Part shown: positions 45,756-55,154 of the stretch, piece by piece
Numbering within the stretch: position 1 is the stretch's first letter
How the letters are laid out: the number at the start of each line of letters is the position of its first letter
Source: Burkholderiales bacterium
Lineage (GTDB): Bacteria > Pseudomonadota > Gammaproteobacteria > Burkholderiales > Ga0077523
Direction: 5' to 3'
Length of the DNA: 64,000 nucleotides
Assembly (NCBI GenBank): GCA_019745565.1
Contig: JAIESW010000024.1
Coordinates: 129 to 64,128, forward strand
The notes under the pieces: generated by a model
Told to the model about the DNA's origin: nothing
The model's database searches: none
Seen by the model: only the letters and a program-made list of their open reading frames with translations
Translations under genes and position numbers: made by a program

Positions 45756-46073
45756 TGCCCTGGTTTTGCGTCGCTCAGATCGGGTGCGATTTATCGAGTT
45801 GACGCACCATCAGTGTGCGACTACCTTATTCCGCAGCAAGCACTAGAACTTGCGCGGCAACACGTTAGGCGCTGGCGCCCGCGTGGCACGTTGCGTGCGA
45901 ATTGCGCTCGTCGTTATACCGAAGGAGTCGGTGGAGTACTGTGCTTCGCGCGTGTTCATCCTCCGCGGGCCGGTTCCTCCCTGCTGGTCCGACTCCCCGG
46001 CTGTCCACCTCGAAGCAGAAAAATCAGCCGGCGTCGGTCGGTACTGAACAATTCGATCCAACGGGAGGGAAGC

Positions 46074-46955
46074 GTGGCGAAGGAAATCTTTTGCGCCTTC
46101 GGCGTCGACGTCGATGCCGTGGCAGGCTGGATCGGTTCCTACGGCGGTGAGGATTCGCCCGACGACATTTCGCGCGGCCTGTTCGCCGGCGAGGTCGGCA
46201 CGCCGCGTCTGGTCAACCTGTTCAAGCGTTTCGGGATCAAGACAACGTGGTTCATCCCGGGCCATTCGATCGAGACCTTTCCCGCGCAGACCGCGATGGT
46301 GGTAGAGGCCGGCCACGAGATCGGCATCCACGGCTACACCCACGAGAATCCGATCTCGATGACGCCGTCGCAGGAAGAAGAGGTCCTCGACAAGTGCATC
46401 GACCTGGTGACCAAGGTGTCGGGCCGTCGCCCGACCGGTTACGTGGCGCCGTGGTGGGAGTTCAGCACCGTCACCAACGAACTGCTGCTCAAGAAGGGCA
46501 TCAAGTACGACCACAGCCTGATGCACAAGGACTTCGAGCCGTACTACGTGCGCGTGGGCGACAAGTGGACGCTCATCGACTACTCGAAGAAGCCGAGCGA
46601 ATGGATGCGCCCGCTGACGCGCGGCGTGGAGACCGACCTCATCGAGATTCCCGGCAGCTGGTACCTCGACGACCTGCCGCCGATGATGTTCATCAAGAAG
46701 GCGCCCAACTCGCACGGCTTCGTCAATCCGCATCATCTCGAGGAGATGTGGCGCGACCAGTTCGACTGGGTCTATCGCGAGATGGACTACGCGGTGTTCA
46801 CCTTCACCATCCATCCGGACGTGTCGGGTCGCCCGCAGGTGCTGTTGATGCTGGAGCGCCTGTTCCACTACATCACCCGACACCCGGGCGTGAAGTTCAC
46901 TACCTTCGACGAGATCGCCAACGACTTCGCCCGCCGCAACCCGCGCAAGAAGTAG
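46074..46955 (+). CDS. polysaccharide deacetylase (NodB-homology/CE4) family amidohydrolase, PuuE/cyclic-imide-hydrolase-like architecture
   Basis: GTG start 6 nt after GGGAGGGA. 293 aa. [13 protein letters not shown]… [12 protein letters not shown] metal-site-like motifs. Track start 45813 trimmed. Confidence 0.7.
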   Translation: MAKEIFCAFGVDVDAVAGWIGSYGGEDSPDDISRGLFAGEVGTPRLVNLFKRFGIKTTWFIPGHSIETFPAQTAMVVEAGHEIGIHGYTHENPISMTPSQEEEVLDKCIDLVTKVSGRRPTGYVAPWWEFSTVTNELLLKKGIKYDHSLMHKDFEPYYVRVGDKWTLIDYSKKPSEWMRPLTRGVETDLIEIPGSWYLDDLPPMMFIKKAPNSHGFVNPHHLEEMWRDQFDWVYREMDYAVFTFTIHPDVSGRPQVLLMLERLFHYITRHPGVKFTTFDEIANDFARRNPRKK

Positions 46956-46996
46956 CGCTGCGTCCCCCCGAACCGGCAGCTTCAGAAGCGCAAGGC

Positions 46997-48010
46997 ATGG
47001 AAAGCTGGCGCAATCGCAAGACGCTGATCCTGAGCCGTGCCGAGATGATCGGCCTGCTCACGCCCGCGGAATACAACGGGTGCGTCGAGCAGGCCTATCG
47101 CATGCACGGCGAACGGCGCTTCTACATGGATCCGAAGGGCCACATCGTGCTGGACAAGTATCCGGGCGAGTGGGAGGCGATGCCGTCGTACATCGAGGAG
47201 CCGGAAGCGGCGGCCTGCAAGTGGGTGTCGATCCGCGAGCGCAACCGCGAGAAGTTCGACCTGCCCACGGTGTTCTCGATCCTGATCTACACGCACCCGG
47301 AAACCGGTTTTCCGCTGGCCATCTGCGACGGCAGTCATCACACCGTGATGCGCACCGGCTCGGCCGCCGCGGTGTCGACCAAGTGGCTCGCCCGCAAGGA
47401 TTCGAAGATTCTCGCGATCGTCGGCGCCGGACACATGGCGGCCGGCGTGCTCGCCACCTGCAACGAGATCTTCCCGTGGGAGGAAGTGCGCGTCTGGAGC
47501 CGCTCTCAGGGCACGCTCGATCATTTCGTGAAGCAGCAGCAGCCGCTGTTTCCGAAGTTGAAGCTGTTGCCGTCCACCAACATCGAGCAGGTGGTGCGCG
47601 GCGCCGACGTGCTGGTGACGGTGACCCCGGCCCGCGCGCCGATCGTGAAGAACGAGTGGATCACCGAGGGCATGCACATCGCTGCGCTCGGCGCGGACAA
47701 GGGCGGCGATCAGGAACTGGAAGGCACCATCCTCCAGCGCGCCCGCATCTTCGTGGACGACATCCGGCAATGCCGTACCGACGGCGAGATCAACGTGCCG
47801 CTGTCGCAGAAGCTGATCCGGGAACAGGACATCGCCGGAGAGATCGGCGAAGTGATCGTCGGCAAGAAGAAGGGGCGCACCTCCGAGAAGGAGATCACCC
47901 TGTTCGACTCCACCGGCATCGCACTGCAGGATTCGGCAACCATCCCCCTCGAGTACGAGCGGGCCCTGGCCGCCGGAGTGGGTATCGAGAAGAAGATGAT
48001 TTCGACCTAG
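46997..48010 (+). CDS. ornithine cyclodeaminase / mu-crystallin family protein
   Basis: 337 aa. Rossmann fold ILAIVGAGHMAAG and family-typical DSTGIALQD near the C-terminus. Confidence 0.8.
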   Translation: MESWRNRKTLILSRAEMIGLLTPAEYNGCVEQAYRMHGERRFYMDPKGHIVLDKYPGEWEAMPSYIEEPEAAACKWVSIRERNREKFDLPTVFSILIYTHPETGFPLAICDGSHHTVMRTGSAAAVSTKWLARKDSKILAIVGAGHMAAGVLATCNEIFPWEEVRVWSRSQGTLDHFVKQQQPLFPKLKLLPSTNIEQVVRGADVLVTVTPARAPIVKNEWITEGMHIAALGADKGGDQELEGTILQRARIFVDDIRQCRTDGEINVPLSQKLIREQDIAGEIGEVIVGKKKGRTSEKEITLFDSTGIALQDSATIPLEYERALAAGVGIEKKMIST

Positions 48011-48039
48011 TCGTTGTGTGCCCCCAACAGGAGACGATC

Positions 48040-49374
48040 ATGACCGACAAACCGCAGGACGAAAGCTCGATCAACGCGACGACGACCGAGGCCGGCACGC
48101 CGGCCTCGGATGGACGCCGCAAGTTCCTCAAGACCGCTGCCCTCACCGCGGGCGCCGCGGGTGCGGGCATGATCGACGGTTTCCCGCTGGTGTGGTCGCA
48201 GACCACGAAGGACATCAAGCTGGTGCAGGTGGGCGGCTCCTACTCCGCGATCAAGGAGATCGCCGAGCAGGCCACCAAGGATCTCGGCTTCAAGGTCGAG
48301 ATGCAGACCGCGCCGCACGACGCGCTGCTCAACCGGCTGCTCACCCAGCCGCAGTCGATCGACATCGCCGACATCGAGTACTTCTTCCAGCATTTCCTCC
48401 TGCCCAAGGGCACCCTGCACCCGATGGAGGCGAAGAGGATCAAGCTGTGGGACAAGGTGGTGCCGATCTTCAGCAAGGGCGAGTACCCCGACGGGCGCAA
48501 GGTATCGACCCAGGGCGTGCTGCCCTTCGAGGTGCAATACCTCGAGAAGCCCGGCGACAAGAAGTTCGCCACCAAGCCCACCGAGTACATCACCGGCATC
48601 CCGACCGTGTACAACGCCGACACGCTCGGCATCCGCCCTGACCTCGCCAAGCGCAAGATCGAAAGCTGGGCCGAGCTGCTCAATCCGGAATGGAAAGGCA
48701 AGACCTCGATCGTGTCCGTGCCCGGCATCGGCATCATGGATGCTGCCATGGCCATCGAAGCGCGCGGCGACCTGAAGTACAAGGACAAGGGCAACATGAC
48801 CAAGGAGGAAATCGACAAGACCATCGAGATCCTCATCAAGGCGAAGAAGGCCGGGCAGTTCCGCGCCTTCTGGGGTACCTTCGACGAGTCGGTCAACCTC
48901 ATGGCCGCGGGCGAGACGGTGGTGCAATCGATGTGGTCGCCGGCGGTGACCGCGGTGCGTTCGCGCGGCATCCCCTGCTTCTATGCACCGCTCAAGGAAG
49001 GCTACCGTGCGTGGGCCAGCTGCATCGCGCCGATGGCGCACCTGAAGGGGCCCAAGCTCGACGCGGCCTACGAGTACATCAACTGGTACATGAGCGGCTG
49101 GCAGGCCGGCTTCATCGCGAAACAGGGCTACTACAGCTCGGTGCCGGAGATGGCCAAGAAGTTCATGACCGAGGACGAGTACGGCTTCTGGTACGAGGGC
49201 AAGGCCGCCAAGGGCGACATCAAGGACCCGTACGGCAACCTTATGGAGAAGGCGGGTGCGGTGCGCGACGGCGGCGCCTTCTGGGACCGCATGGGCAAGG
49301 TCGCCTGCTGGAACACGCTGATGGACGAGAACCGCTACATGGTCAGCAAGTGGAACGAGTTCCTCGCATCTTAA
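48040..49374 (+). CDS. ABC transporter substrate-binding protein (PotD/PotF-like family 1) with Tat signal
   Basis: 444 aa. Twin-arginine DGRRKFLKTAALTAGAAGAG. SD GGAGA upstream. Confidence 0.8.
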   Translation: MTDKPQDESSINATTTEAGTPASDGRRKFLKTAALTAGAAGAGMIDGFPLVWSQTTKDIKLVQVGGSYSAIKEIAEQATKDLGFKVEMQTAPHDALLNRLLTQPQSIDIADIEYFFQHFLLPKGTLHPMEAKRIKLWDKVVPIFSKGEYPDGRKVSTQGVLPFEVQYLEKPGDKKFATKPTEYITGIPTVYNADTLGIRPDLAKRKIESWAELLNPEWKGKTSIVSVPGIGIMDAAMAIEARGDLKYKDKGNMTKEEIDKTIEILIKAKKAGQFRAFWGTFDESVNLMAAGETVVQSMWSPAVTAVRSRGIPCFYAPLKEGYRAWASCIAPMAHLKGPKLDAAYEYINWYMSGWQAGFIAKQGYYSSVPEMAKKFMTEDEYGFWYEGKAAKGDIKDPYGNLMEKAGAVRDGGAFWDRMGKVACWNTLMDENRYMVSKWNEFLAS

Positions 49375-49468
49375 TGACCATCTGAAGCAGCAAACGCCGG
49401 CGGCCTCGCCCGATTCCGCGAGTGCTGCCGGTGCTTCACCCCAAGAGCACAAGAAGGGCATCCACGCA

Positions 49469-50329
49469 GTGAAGCTCTCCCGCAGTCAGACCTCCGCCCT
49501 GCAGGTTGCACCCATGGCGCTGGTGCTCCTGCTTTTCTTCGGCGTACCGCTGCTGGTGGTGGTCGCCTTCAGCTTCTTCGACTACGACGGCATCAACACC
49601 AACCCGGCATTCGTGTGGGCTAACTACGCGGAGCTGTTCGGCTCGAAGGTCACGCTGGCGCTGTACCTGAAGACGCTTTATTTCGCGGCGATCGTCTGGG
49701 TGATCACGCTGCTGATCGGGTTCACGGTCTCGTACTTCCTGGTCTTCCACGTGCGCAGCGTCCTGTGGCAGATGGGGCTGTTCCTGCTGTGCACAGTGCC
49801 CTTCTGGACCTCGAACATCATCCGCATGATCTCGTGGATCCCGTTCCTCGGGCGCAACGGCATCTTCAACCAGGCCTTGATGGGGGCGGGGATCACCCAC
49901 GAGCCGCTGGAGTTTCTGTTGTTCTCGGATTTCGCGGTGATCGTCGCTTACGTCCACCTGTTCACGCTGTTCATGATCGTGCCGATCTTCAACTCGATGG
50001 CGCGCATCGACCGGTCGCTGATCGAGGCCGCCCGCGACGGCGGCAGCAGCGGCGGGCGCATCATCTGGGAGATCGTGGTGCCGCTGTCCAAGACCGGCAT
50101 CGCGCTCGGCTCGATCTTCGTCATCACCCTGGTGATGGGCGACTTCTTCGTGGTCAAGGTCATGAGCGGCAGCCACAGCGCCTCGGTGGCGATGGCCATG
50201 TCGAACCAGATCGCGATGGTCCAGTATCCGCCCGCCGCCGCCAGCGCGGTGCTGTTGCTCATCATCGTGTCACTCATGGTCGCGGCGATCCTGCGCGTGG
50301 TCGACGTGCGCAAGGAACTCGCGAGGTAG
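49469..50329 (+). CDS. ABC transporter permease (PotB-like)
   Basis: 286 aa, 6 TM, EAA-loop region SLIEAARDGG. Confidence 0.85.
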   Translation: MKLSRSQTSALQVAPMALVLLLFFGVPLLVVVAFSFFDYDGINTNPAFVWANYAELFGSKVTLALYLKTLYFAAIVWVITLLIGFTVSYFLVFHVRSVLWQMGLFLLCTVPFWTSNIIRMISWIPFLGRNGIFNQALMGAGITHEPLEFLLFSDFAVIVAYVHLFTLFMIVPIFNSMARIDRSLIEAARDGGSSGGRIIWEIVVPLSKTGIALGSIFVITLVMGDFFVVKVMSGSHSASVAMAMSNQIAMVQYPPAAASAVLLLIIVSLMVAAILRVVDVRKELAR

Positions 50330-50333
50330 CCCG

Positions 50334-51209
50334 ATGGCCGGCCCTGCCCCCGCCCAGCCGCAGTTCGGCAAACGGCCGAAGAGTTTCTACTTCCTGGCCG
50401 GTTTCTTCGCCCTGTTCGTGGCTTTCCTGTACGGGCCCATGTCCGCCATCTACATCCTGTCGTTCCAGGGGCCCACCGGCGGACTGACCTTCCCCATGCG
50501 CGGTGTGTCGCTGCATTGGTTCCACGCGCTGTTCGCGCAGGAGCGAACCGGGGATTTCGCCGGCGCATTCGCCCGCTCGCTGTTGCTGGCGGCGCTGGTG
50601 CTCAGCGTGACGGTGGTCATGTCGATCCTCGCCGGCATGGCCTTCCGGCGCCGCTTCTTCGGTTCGACCTTCGTGTTCTACCTGGCGATCGCCAGTCTGA
50701 TCATGCCCGGCATCCTGGTCGGCCTGGGCATCGGCCTCACTTTCCAGCTGTTCGAGATCCAGACGTCCTGGTTCACTTCGGCGCTCGGCGCACAGCTCAC
50801 CTGGACGTTGCCGTTCGGCCTGCTGATCATGTTCGCGGTACTGAGCCGGTTCAACCGCGCCTTCGAGGAAGCGGGGCGCGACCTGGGTGCCAGCAACTGG
50901 CAGATCTTCTGGCTGGTGGTGGTGCCCATCCTCCTGCCCGGCATCATCGGCGTTGCGCTGTTCGGCTTCACGCTCTCCTACGACGAGTTTCCGCGCACGC
51001 TGCTGACCGCCGGTGCACAGAACACGCTGCCCATGGAGATCTGGGGGATGACTACCAACGTGACCTCGCCGGCTCTGTACGCGTTGGGTACCGTAACCAC
51101 CGTGGTCTCCTTCATCGCGATTACGCTGGCGTTGGGTTCGATCGCGTTGATCCAACGCCGTCGGGCGCGACGCCCGGCACCCGAGACGCAATCCGGCCCG
51201 GCCGCGTGA
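50334..51209 (+). CDS. ABC transporter permease (PotC-like)
   Basis: 291 aa, multi-TM, EAA loop FEEAGRDLGAS. Confidence 0.85.
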   Translation: MAGPAPAQPQFGKRPKSFYFLAGFFALFVAFLYGPMSAIYILSFQGPTGGLTFPMRGVSLHWFHALFAQERTGDFAGAFARSLLLAALVLSVTVVMSILAGMAFRRRFFGSTFVFYLAIASLIMPGILVGLGIGLTFQLFEIQTSWFTSALGAQLTWTLPFGLLIMFAVLSRFNRAFEEAGRDLGASNWQIFWLVVVPILLPGIIGVALFGFTLSYDEFPRTLLTAGAQNTLPMEIWGMTTNVTSPALYALGTVTTVVSFIAITLALGSIALIQRRRARRPAPETQSGPAA

Positions 51210-51246
51210 TGCGAACGCGACCGCCGCGCAAGTCACCGTTTGTGGA

Positions 51247-52386
51247 GTGAGCATGGAGCCAGGAAAGAACAGCGCATCTGCCCGTGGCGCGATCGAGTTG
51301 GTGAGCGTCACCAAGCGCTTCGGCGACACGGTGGCGGTGCGCAATATCGATCTCAAGATCCCGGGCGGGGCCTACTGCTGCCTGCTCGGCCCGTCCGGCT
51401 GCGGCAAGACGACCATCCTGCGCATGATCGCCGGACACGAGGATCCCACCGACGGCGATGTGCTGATCGACAACGAGAACGTGGTGGGCAAGGCGCCCGT
51501 GGAGCGCGGCACGGCGATGATGTTCCAGAGCTACGCGTTGTTCCCGCATCTCACTTGTCGCGACAACGTCGCTTTCAACCTCAAGGTGCGCGGCGTGGCG
51601 AAGGCGGAACGCCAGGAACGTGCACTGGAGATGCTGGCGCGGGTGCGCATGCGCGAATTCGCCGATCGCCTGCCCGCGCAATTGTCCGGCGGCCAGCAGC
51701 AGCGCATCGCGCTCGCCCGCTCGCTGATCACGAATCCGCGCGTGCTGCTGCTCGACGAACCGCTGTCGGCGCTCGACGAGTTCCTGCGCCTGCAGATGCG
51801 CGGTGAACTGAAACGGATCCAGACCGAGTTCGGCATCAGTTTCATCCACGTGACCCATACGCAGATGGAGGCGATCGCGCTGGCCGACATGGTTGTCGTG
51901 ATGGATCAGGGGCGCATCGAGCAGGCGGACTCGGCGCGCCACGTCTTCGAACGGCCGCGCACGCCCTATGTCGCGCGCTTCATCGGCGGGCAGAACGTGA
52001 TGACGGGCAAGGTGCTGGAGCGACGCTCGGGTGCGGTGCTGATCGATACCGGGGGCAAGCAGTTGCTGGTGAGCGCACCCGAGACGCTGCCCGAGATCGG
52101 TGCGTCGTTCGGCATCGCCGTCCGGCGCGACCGCGTCCGGCTGCAGCGCAGCGAGGGTGCACCCGCGGGCTCCACGCTGAACTCGATCGGCGGGCGAGTG
52201 AGCGCGCTGGAGTACCAGGGTTCATGGCTCAAGATAACCATCGAGGATGCAGGCGGCGAAGACTTCGTCGTGAACGAGGCCGATAGCACCTTCTTCGCCA
52301 CACCGGTGGAAGTGGGTGACATCGTGAGTGCCAGCTGGGCACCCGAGGAAGTGCACTACCTGTCCGCTGCATCGGTGTCACGCTGA
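51247..52386 (+). CDS. ABC transporter ATP-binding protein (PotA-like)
   Basis: Walker A GPSGCGKTT, signature LSGGQQQR, Walker B LLLDEP, C-terminal TOBE-like domain. True start may be ATG 51253. Confidence 0.88.
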   Translation: MSMEPGKNSASARGAIELVSVTKRFGDTVAVRNIDLKIPGGAYCCLLGPSGCGKTTILRMIAGHEDPTDGDVLIDNENVVGKAPVERGTAMMFQSYALFPHLTCRDNVAFNLKVRGVAKAERQERALEMLARVRMREFADRLPAQLSGGQQQRIALARSLITNPRVLLLDEPLSALDEFLRLQMRGELKRIQTEFGISFIHVTHTQMEAIALADMVVVMDQGRIEQADSARHVFERPRTPYVARFIGGQNVMTGKVLERRSGAVLIDTGGKQLLVSAPETLPEIGASFGIAVRRDRVRLQRSEGAPAGSTLNSIGGRVSALEYQGSWLKITIEDAGGEDFVVNEADSTFFATPVEVGDIVSASWAPEEVHYLSAASVSR

Positions 52387-52697
52387 TGTGCGGCCTGTGC
52401 GGCGTGTTCCTGACGGAAACGAGCTGGAGCGACGCCTCGGTCGGCTCGGTCGAGACCGGGGCGCGCACGCGCCGGCATGAACGCCTGCACCGCGTGGCGC
52501 TCGCCAATCGCGTCCTCAAGCCCTTCGGATCCAGGCTGTCGGACTGGAACGGCGTGTCCTATCTGGTGAGCGGTCCGACCGGACAGACGTCCATCGTTCC
52601 GAGCGTCGCGTCGGTATGGCCGGTGGTCGAGCAATTGCGCAAGGTGCGTCTCGATCCGCTCGACGAAGGTCTGATCGAAGCGCTCGAGCGCGACTGA
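52386..52697 (+). CDS. hypothetical 103-aa protein beginning MCGLCG
   Basis: ATG shares one nt with the potA-like stop (TGATG) and ends 8 nt before the COG0523 gene. GC3-rich codon usage throughout. No family recognised. Confidence 0.55.
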   Translation: MCGLCGVFLTETSWSDASVGSVETGARTRRHERLHRVALANRVLKPFGSRLSDWNGVSYLVSGPTGQTSIVPSVASVWPVVEQLRKVRLDPLDEGLIEALERD

Positions 52698-52705
52698 CCG
52701 CGACG

Positions 52706-53731
52706 ATGAGTTCCGCACGAACGCTCACGCCGGTAAACGTCCTCACCGGTTTTCTCGGGAGCGGCAAGACCACGCTGCTGCAACGCCTGCTGCGTTCACC
52801 CCGGCTCGATCGCACGGCCGTGCTGATCAACGAGTTCGGCGAGGTCGGACTGGATCATCTGCTGGTGCAGCGGGTCGACGATGCCGTCGTGCTGCTGGAG
52901 AGCGGTTGCATCTGTTGCACCATCCGTGGCGATCTGACCGGTGCGTTGCGCGGCTTGCTTGACCGGCGCGACCGGGTCGAGATTCCCGCCTTCGATCGCG
53001 TGGTGATCGAAACCACCGGCCTGGCCGATCCCGGACCGATCCTGTACACGCTGCTGAACGAACCGGTGCTGCAACACCATTTCCAGCTGGGCAACGTCAT
53101 CACGACGGTGGACGCTGTGAACGCCGCGCTGCACCTGTCGAAGAATCCCGAAGGCATGAAGCAGGTGGCAGCCGCCGATCACCTGCTGGTCACGAAGACC
53201 GACCTCGCCAGCGACGAGCAGATTGCCGCGGTGCGCGCAGTGCTCGCACAGGTGAATCCTTCGGCGCATGTACGCGACGCCATCGACGAGCCGCTCGATG
53301 TCGACGGCCTGCTCGACGTGCGTCCGCCGAAGTCAGCGCCGGCCTTCGTTCCTGCCGGTGACGCGGGCGCGACCGACACGCTGCACGCATTGCGCAGGCA
53401 CAGCCAGGACATTTCCAGTTTCAGCCTGGTGCTCGACGAGCCGCTGGACTGGACCGCCTTCGGCGTCTGGTTGAGTCTGCTGCTGCATCGGTACGGCGAC
53501 GACGTGTTGCGCGTGAAGGGCATCCTGAGCGTGCAGGGCAGCGCTGCCCCGGTATTCATGAATGCCGTGCAGCACGTGGTGCATCCGCCGCAGCATCTGG
53601 AGACCTGGTCGACCGAAGATCGTCGATCGCGGATCGTGTTCATCACGCGCGGCATCGATCATGGGCGGCTGCGACGATCGCTCGAAGCGTTTTGCCGCCT
53701 GCGCGTGGCGGAGCTGTCGGTCTCGGCCTAG
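52706..53731 (+). CDS. COG0523 (CobW/YjiA/ZigA-type) G3E-family GTPase metallochaperone
   Basis: P-loop GFLGSGKTTLL, metal motif GCICCT, ETTGLADP. 341 aa. Track start trimmed to MSSARTL. Confidence 0.85.
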   Translation: MSSARTLTPVNVLTGFLGSGKTTLLQRLLRSPRLDRTAVLINEFGEVGLDHLLVQRVDDAVVLLESGCICCTIRGDLTGALRGLLDRRDRVEIPAFDRVVIETTGLADPGPILYTLLNEPVLQHHFQLGNVITTVDAVNAALHLSKNPEGMKQVAAADHLLVTKTDLASDEQIAAVRAVLAQVNPSAHVRDAIDEPLDVDGLLDVRPPKSAPAFVPAGDAGATDTLHALRRHSQDISSFSLVLDEPLDWTAFGVWLSLLLHRYGDDVLRVKGILSVQGSAAPVFMNAVQHVVHPPQHLETWSTEDRRSRIVFITRGIDHGRLRRSLEAFCRLRVAELSVSA

Positions 53732-53765
53732 CGCCGTCCTTGGAACCCTGAGGAGATTCTGCACC

Positions 53766-55154
53766 ATGGCATCCGCGGACAGCACCAAGACGTCGGGCAT
53801 CCGTGCGAACCGCTTGCCCGAAGAGGTGTACGCACGCAACTTCGCTGATGCACATCCGGCGCTCACGCCGAACCAGGCGCTGGTGGAGAGCGACCGCTGT
53901 CTGTTCTGCTACGACGCACCGTGCGTACAGGCCTGTCCCACCGGGATCGACATTCCCAGCTTCATCCGCAAGATCGCCACCGGCAACATCAAGGGGTCGG
54001 CCCAGGACATCCTGAGCGAAAACGCGTGCGGCGCGCTGTGCGCGCGGGTCTGTCCGACCGAAGTGCTGTGCGAAGGCAGCTGCGTGCGTAATCTCCAGGA
54101 GCACAAGCCGGTGGCGATCGGTGCCTTGCAGCGCTACGCCACGGACTGGGTGTTCGATCGTGGCGTCCAGGTCTTTCAGCGCGCGGCCGACACCGGTCGT
54201 CGCATCGCTGTCGTCGGTGGCGGGCCGGCGGGGCTCTCCTGTGCGCATCGTCTTGCGACCCTGGGACACTCGGTGACCGTGTTCGAAGCGCACGACAAGC
54301 TCGGCGGCTTGAACGAATACGGCGTGGCCGCCTACAAGGTGGCGGGCGGGATCGCCCAGCGCGAAGTTGACTACCTGCTCGAAGTGGGCGGGATCGAGGT
54401 CCGGTTCGGGCAACGCTTGGGGAAGGAGCTGTCGCTGGCCGCGTTGCGGCGCGACTTCGACGCGGTGTTCCTCGGCATCGGACTTGGCGCGGTCAATGCA
54501 CTGGGCATCGACGAGCCGGCCATCGACGGCGTGTACGACGCCATCGACTACATCGCGGACCTGCGCCAGAGCCAGGCGCTGGCGACGCTGCCGGTCGGCC
54601 GCAGTGTGGTGGTGATCGGCGGCGGCATGACCGCCATCGACATCGCGACGCAGATCCGGCGCCTGGGCGCCGAAGACGTCACCATCGTCTATCGGCGCGG
54701 TCCGGAACAGATGGGTGCGAGCACCAAGGAACAGGATTGGGCTCAAACCAACGGCGTGCGCATCAAGCATTGGGCGCGGCCCACCGGTTTGCTGTCGGAT
54801 GGTGGCCATCTCGCCGGCGTAGCGTTCGAGTACACCCGACTGGACGACCAGCAACGCCTCGCCGGCACTGGCGAGCGCTTCGAGTTGCCCGCGGACATGC
54901 TGTTCAAGGCCATCGGCCAGGTGCTGGTGCGTGACTCGCTCGATGGTCAGGTCGGGTTGCTCGACACTGCGTCGGGACGCATCGCCGTGGATGCGGAGCG
55001 CAGGACCTCGCTGCCCGGGGTGTGGGCCGGCGGTGACTGTGTTGCAGGGGGCCGCGATCTCACCGTCGAAGCGGTGCAGGACGGCAAGCTCGCCGCGCTG
55101 TCGATCGACCGGGCCTTGCGTCCGGCGCAGGCTTCAGGAGTTCGCCATGGCTGA
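53766..55154 (+). CDS. preT: NAD-dependent dihydropyrimidine dehydrogenase subunit PreT (GltD-like)
   Basis: 462 aa. N-terminal Fe-S Cys motifs (CLFCYDAPCVQACP; CARVCP) and FAD/NAD folds VVGGGPAGLSCA and VIGGGMTAID. Confidence 0.85.
   Translation: MASADSTKTSGIRANRLPEEVYARNFADAHPALTPNQALVESDRCLFCYDAPCVQACPTGIDIPSFIRKIATGNIKGSAQDILSENACGALCARVCPTEVLCEGSCVRNLQEHKPVAIGALQRYATDWVFDRGVQVFQRAADTGRRIAVVGGGPAGLSCAHRLATLGHSVTVFEAHDKLGGLNEYGVAAYKVAGGIAQREVDYLLEVGGIEVRFGQRLGKELSLAALRRDFDAVFLGIGLGAVNALGIDEPAIDGVYDAIDYIADLRQSQALATLPVGRSVVVIGGGMTAIDIATQIRRLGAEDVTIVYRRGPEQMGASTKEQDWAQTNGVRIKHWARPTGLLSDGGHLAGVAFEYTRLDDQQRLAGTGERFELPADMLFKAIGQVLVRDSLDGQVGLLDTASGRIAVDAERRTSLPGVWAGGDCVAGGRDLTVEAVQDGKLAALSIDRALRPAQASGVRHG

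Noticed and set aside
45850-46047. 65-aa ORF, or a 41-aa GTG-initiated sub-ORF after AAGGAG, in the leader of the N-heterocycle island as a possible leader peptide.
   Set aside because: SD-to-GTG spacing is only 3 nt, codon usage is mixed and there is no recognisable motif. It is retained only as part of the leader-region finding.
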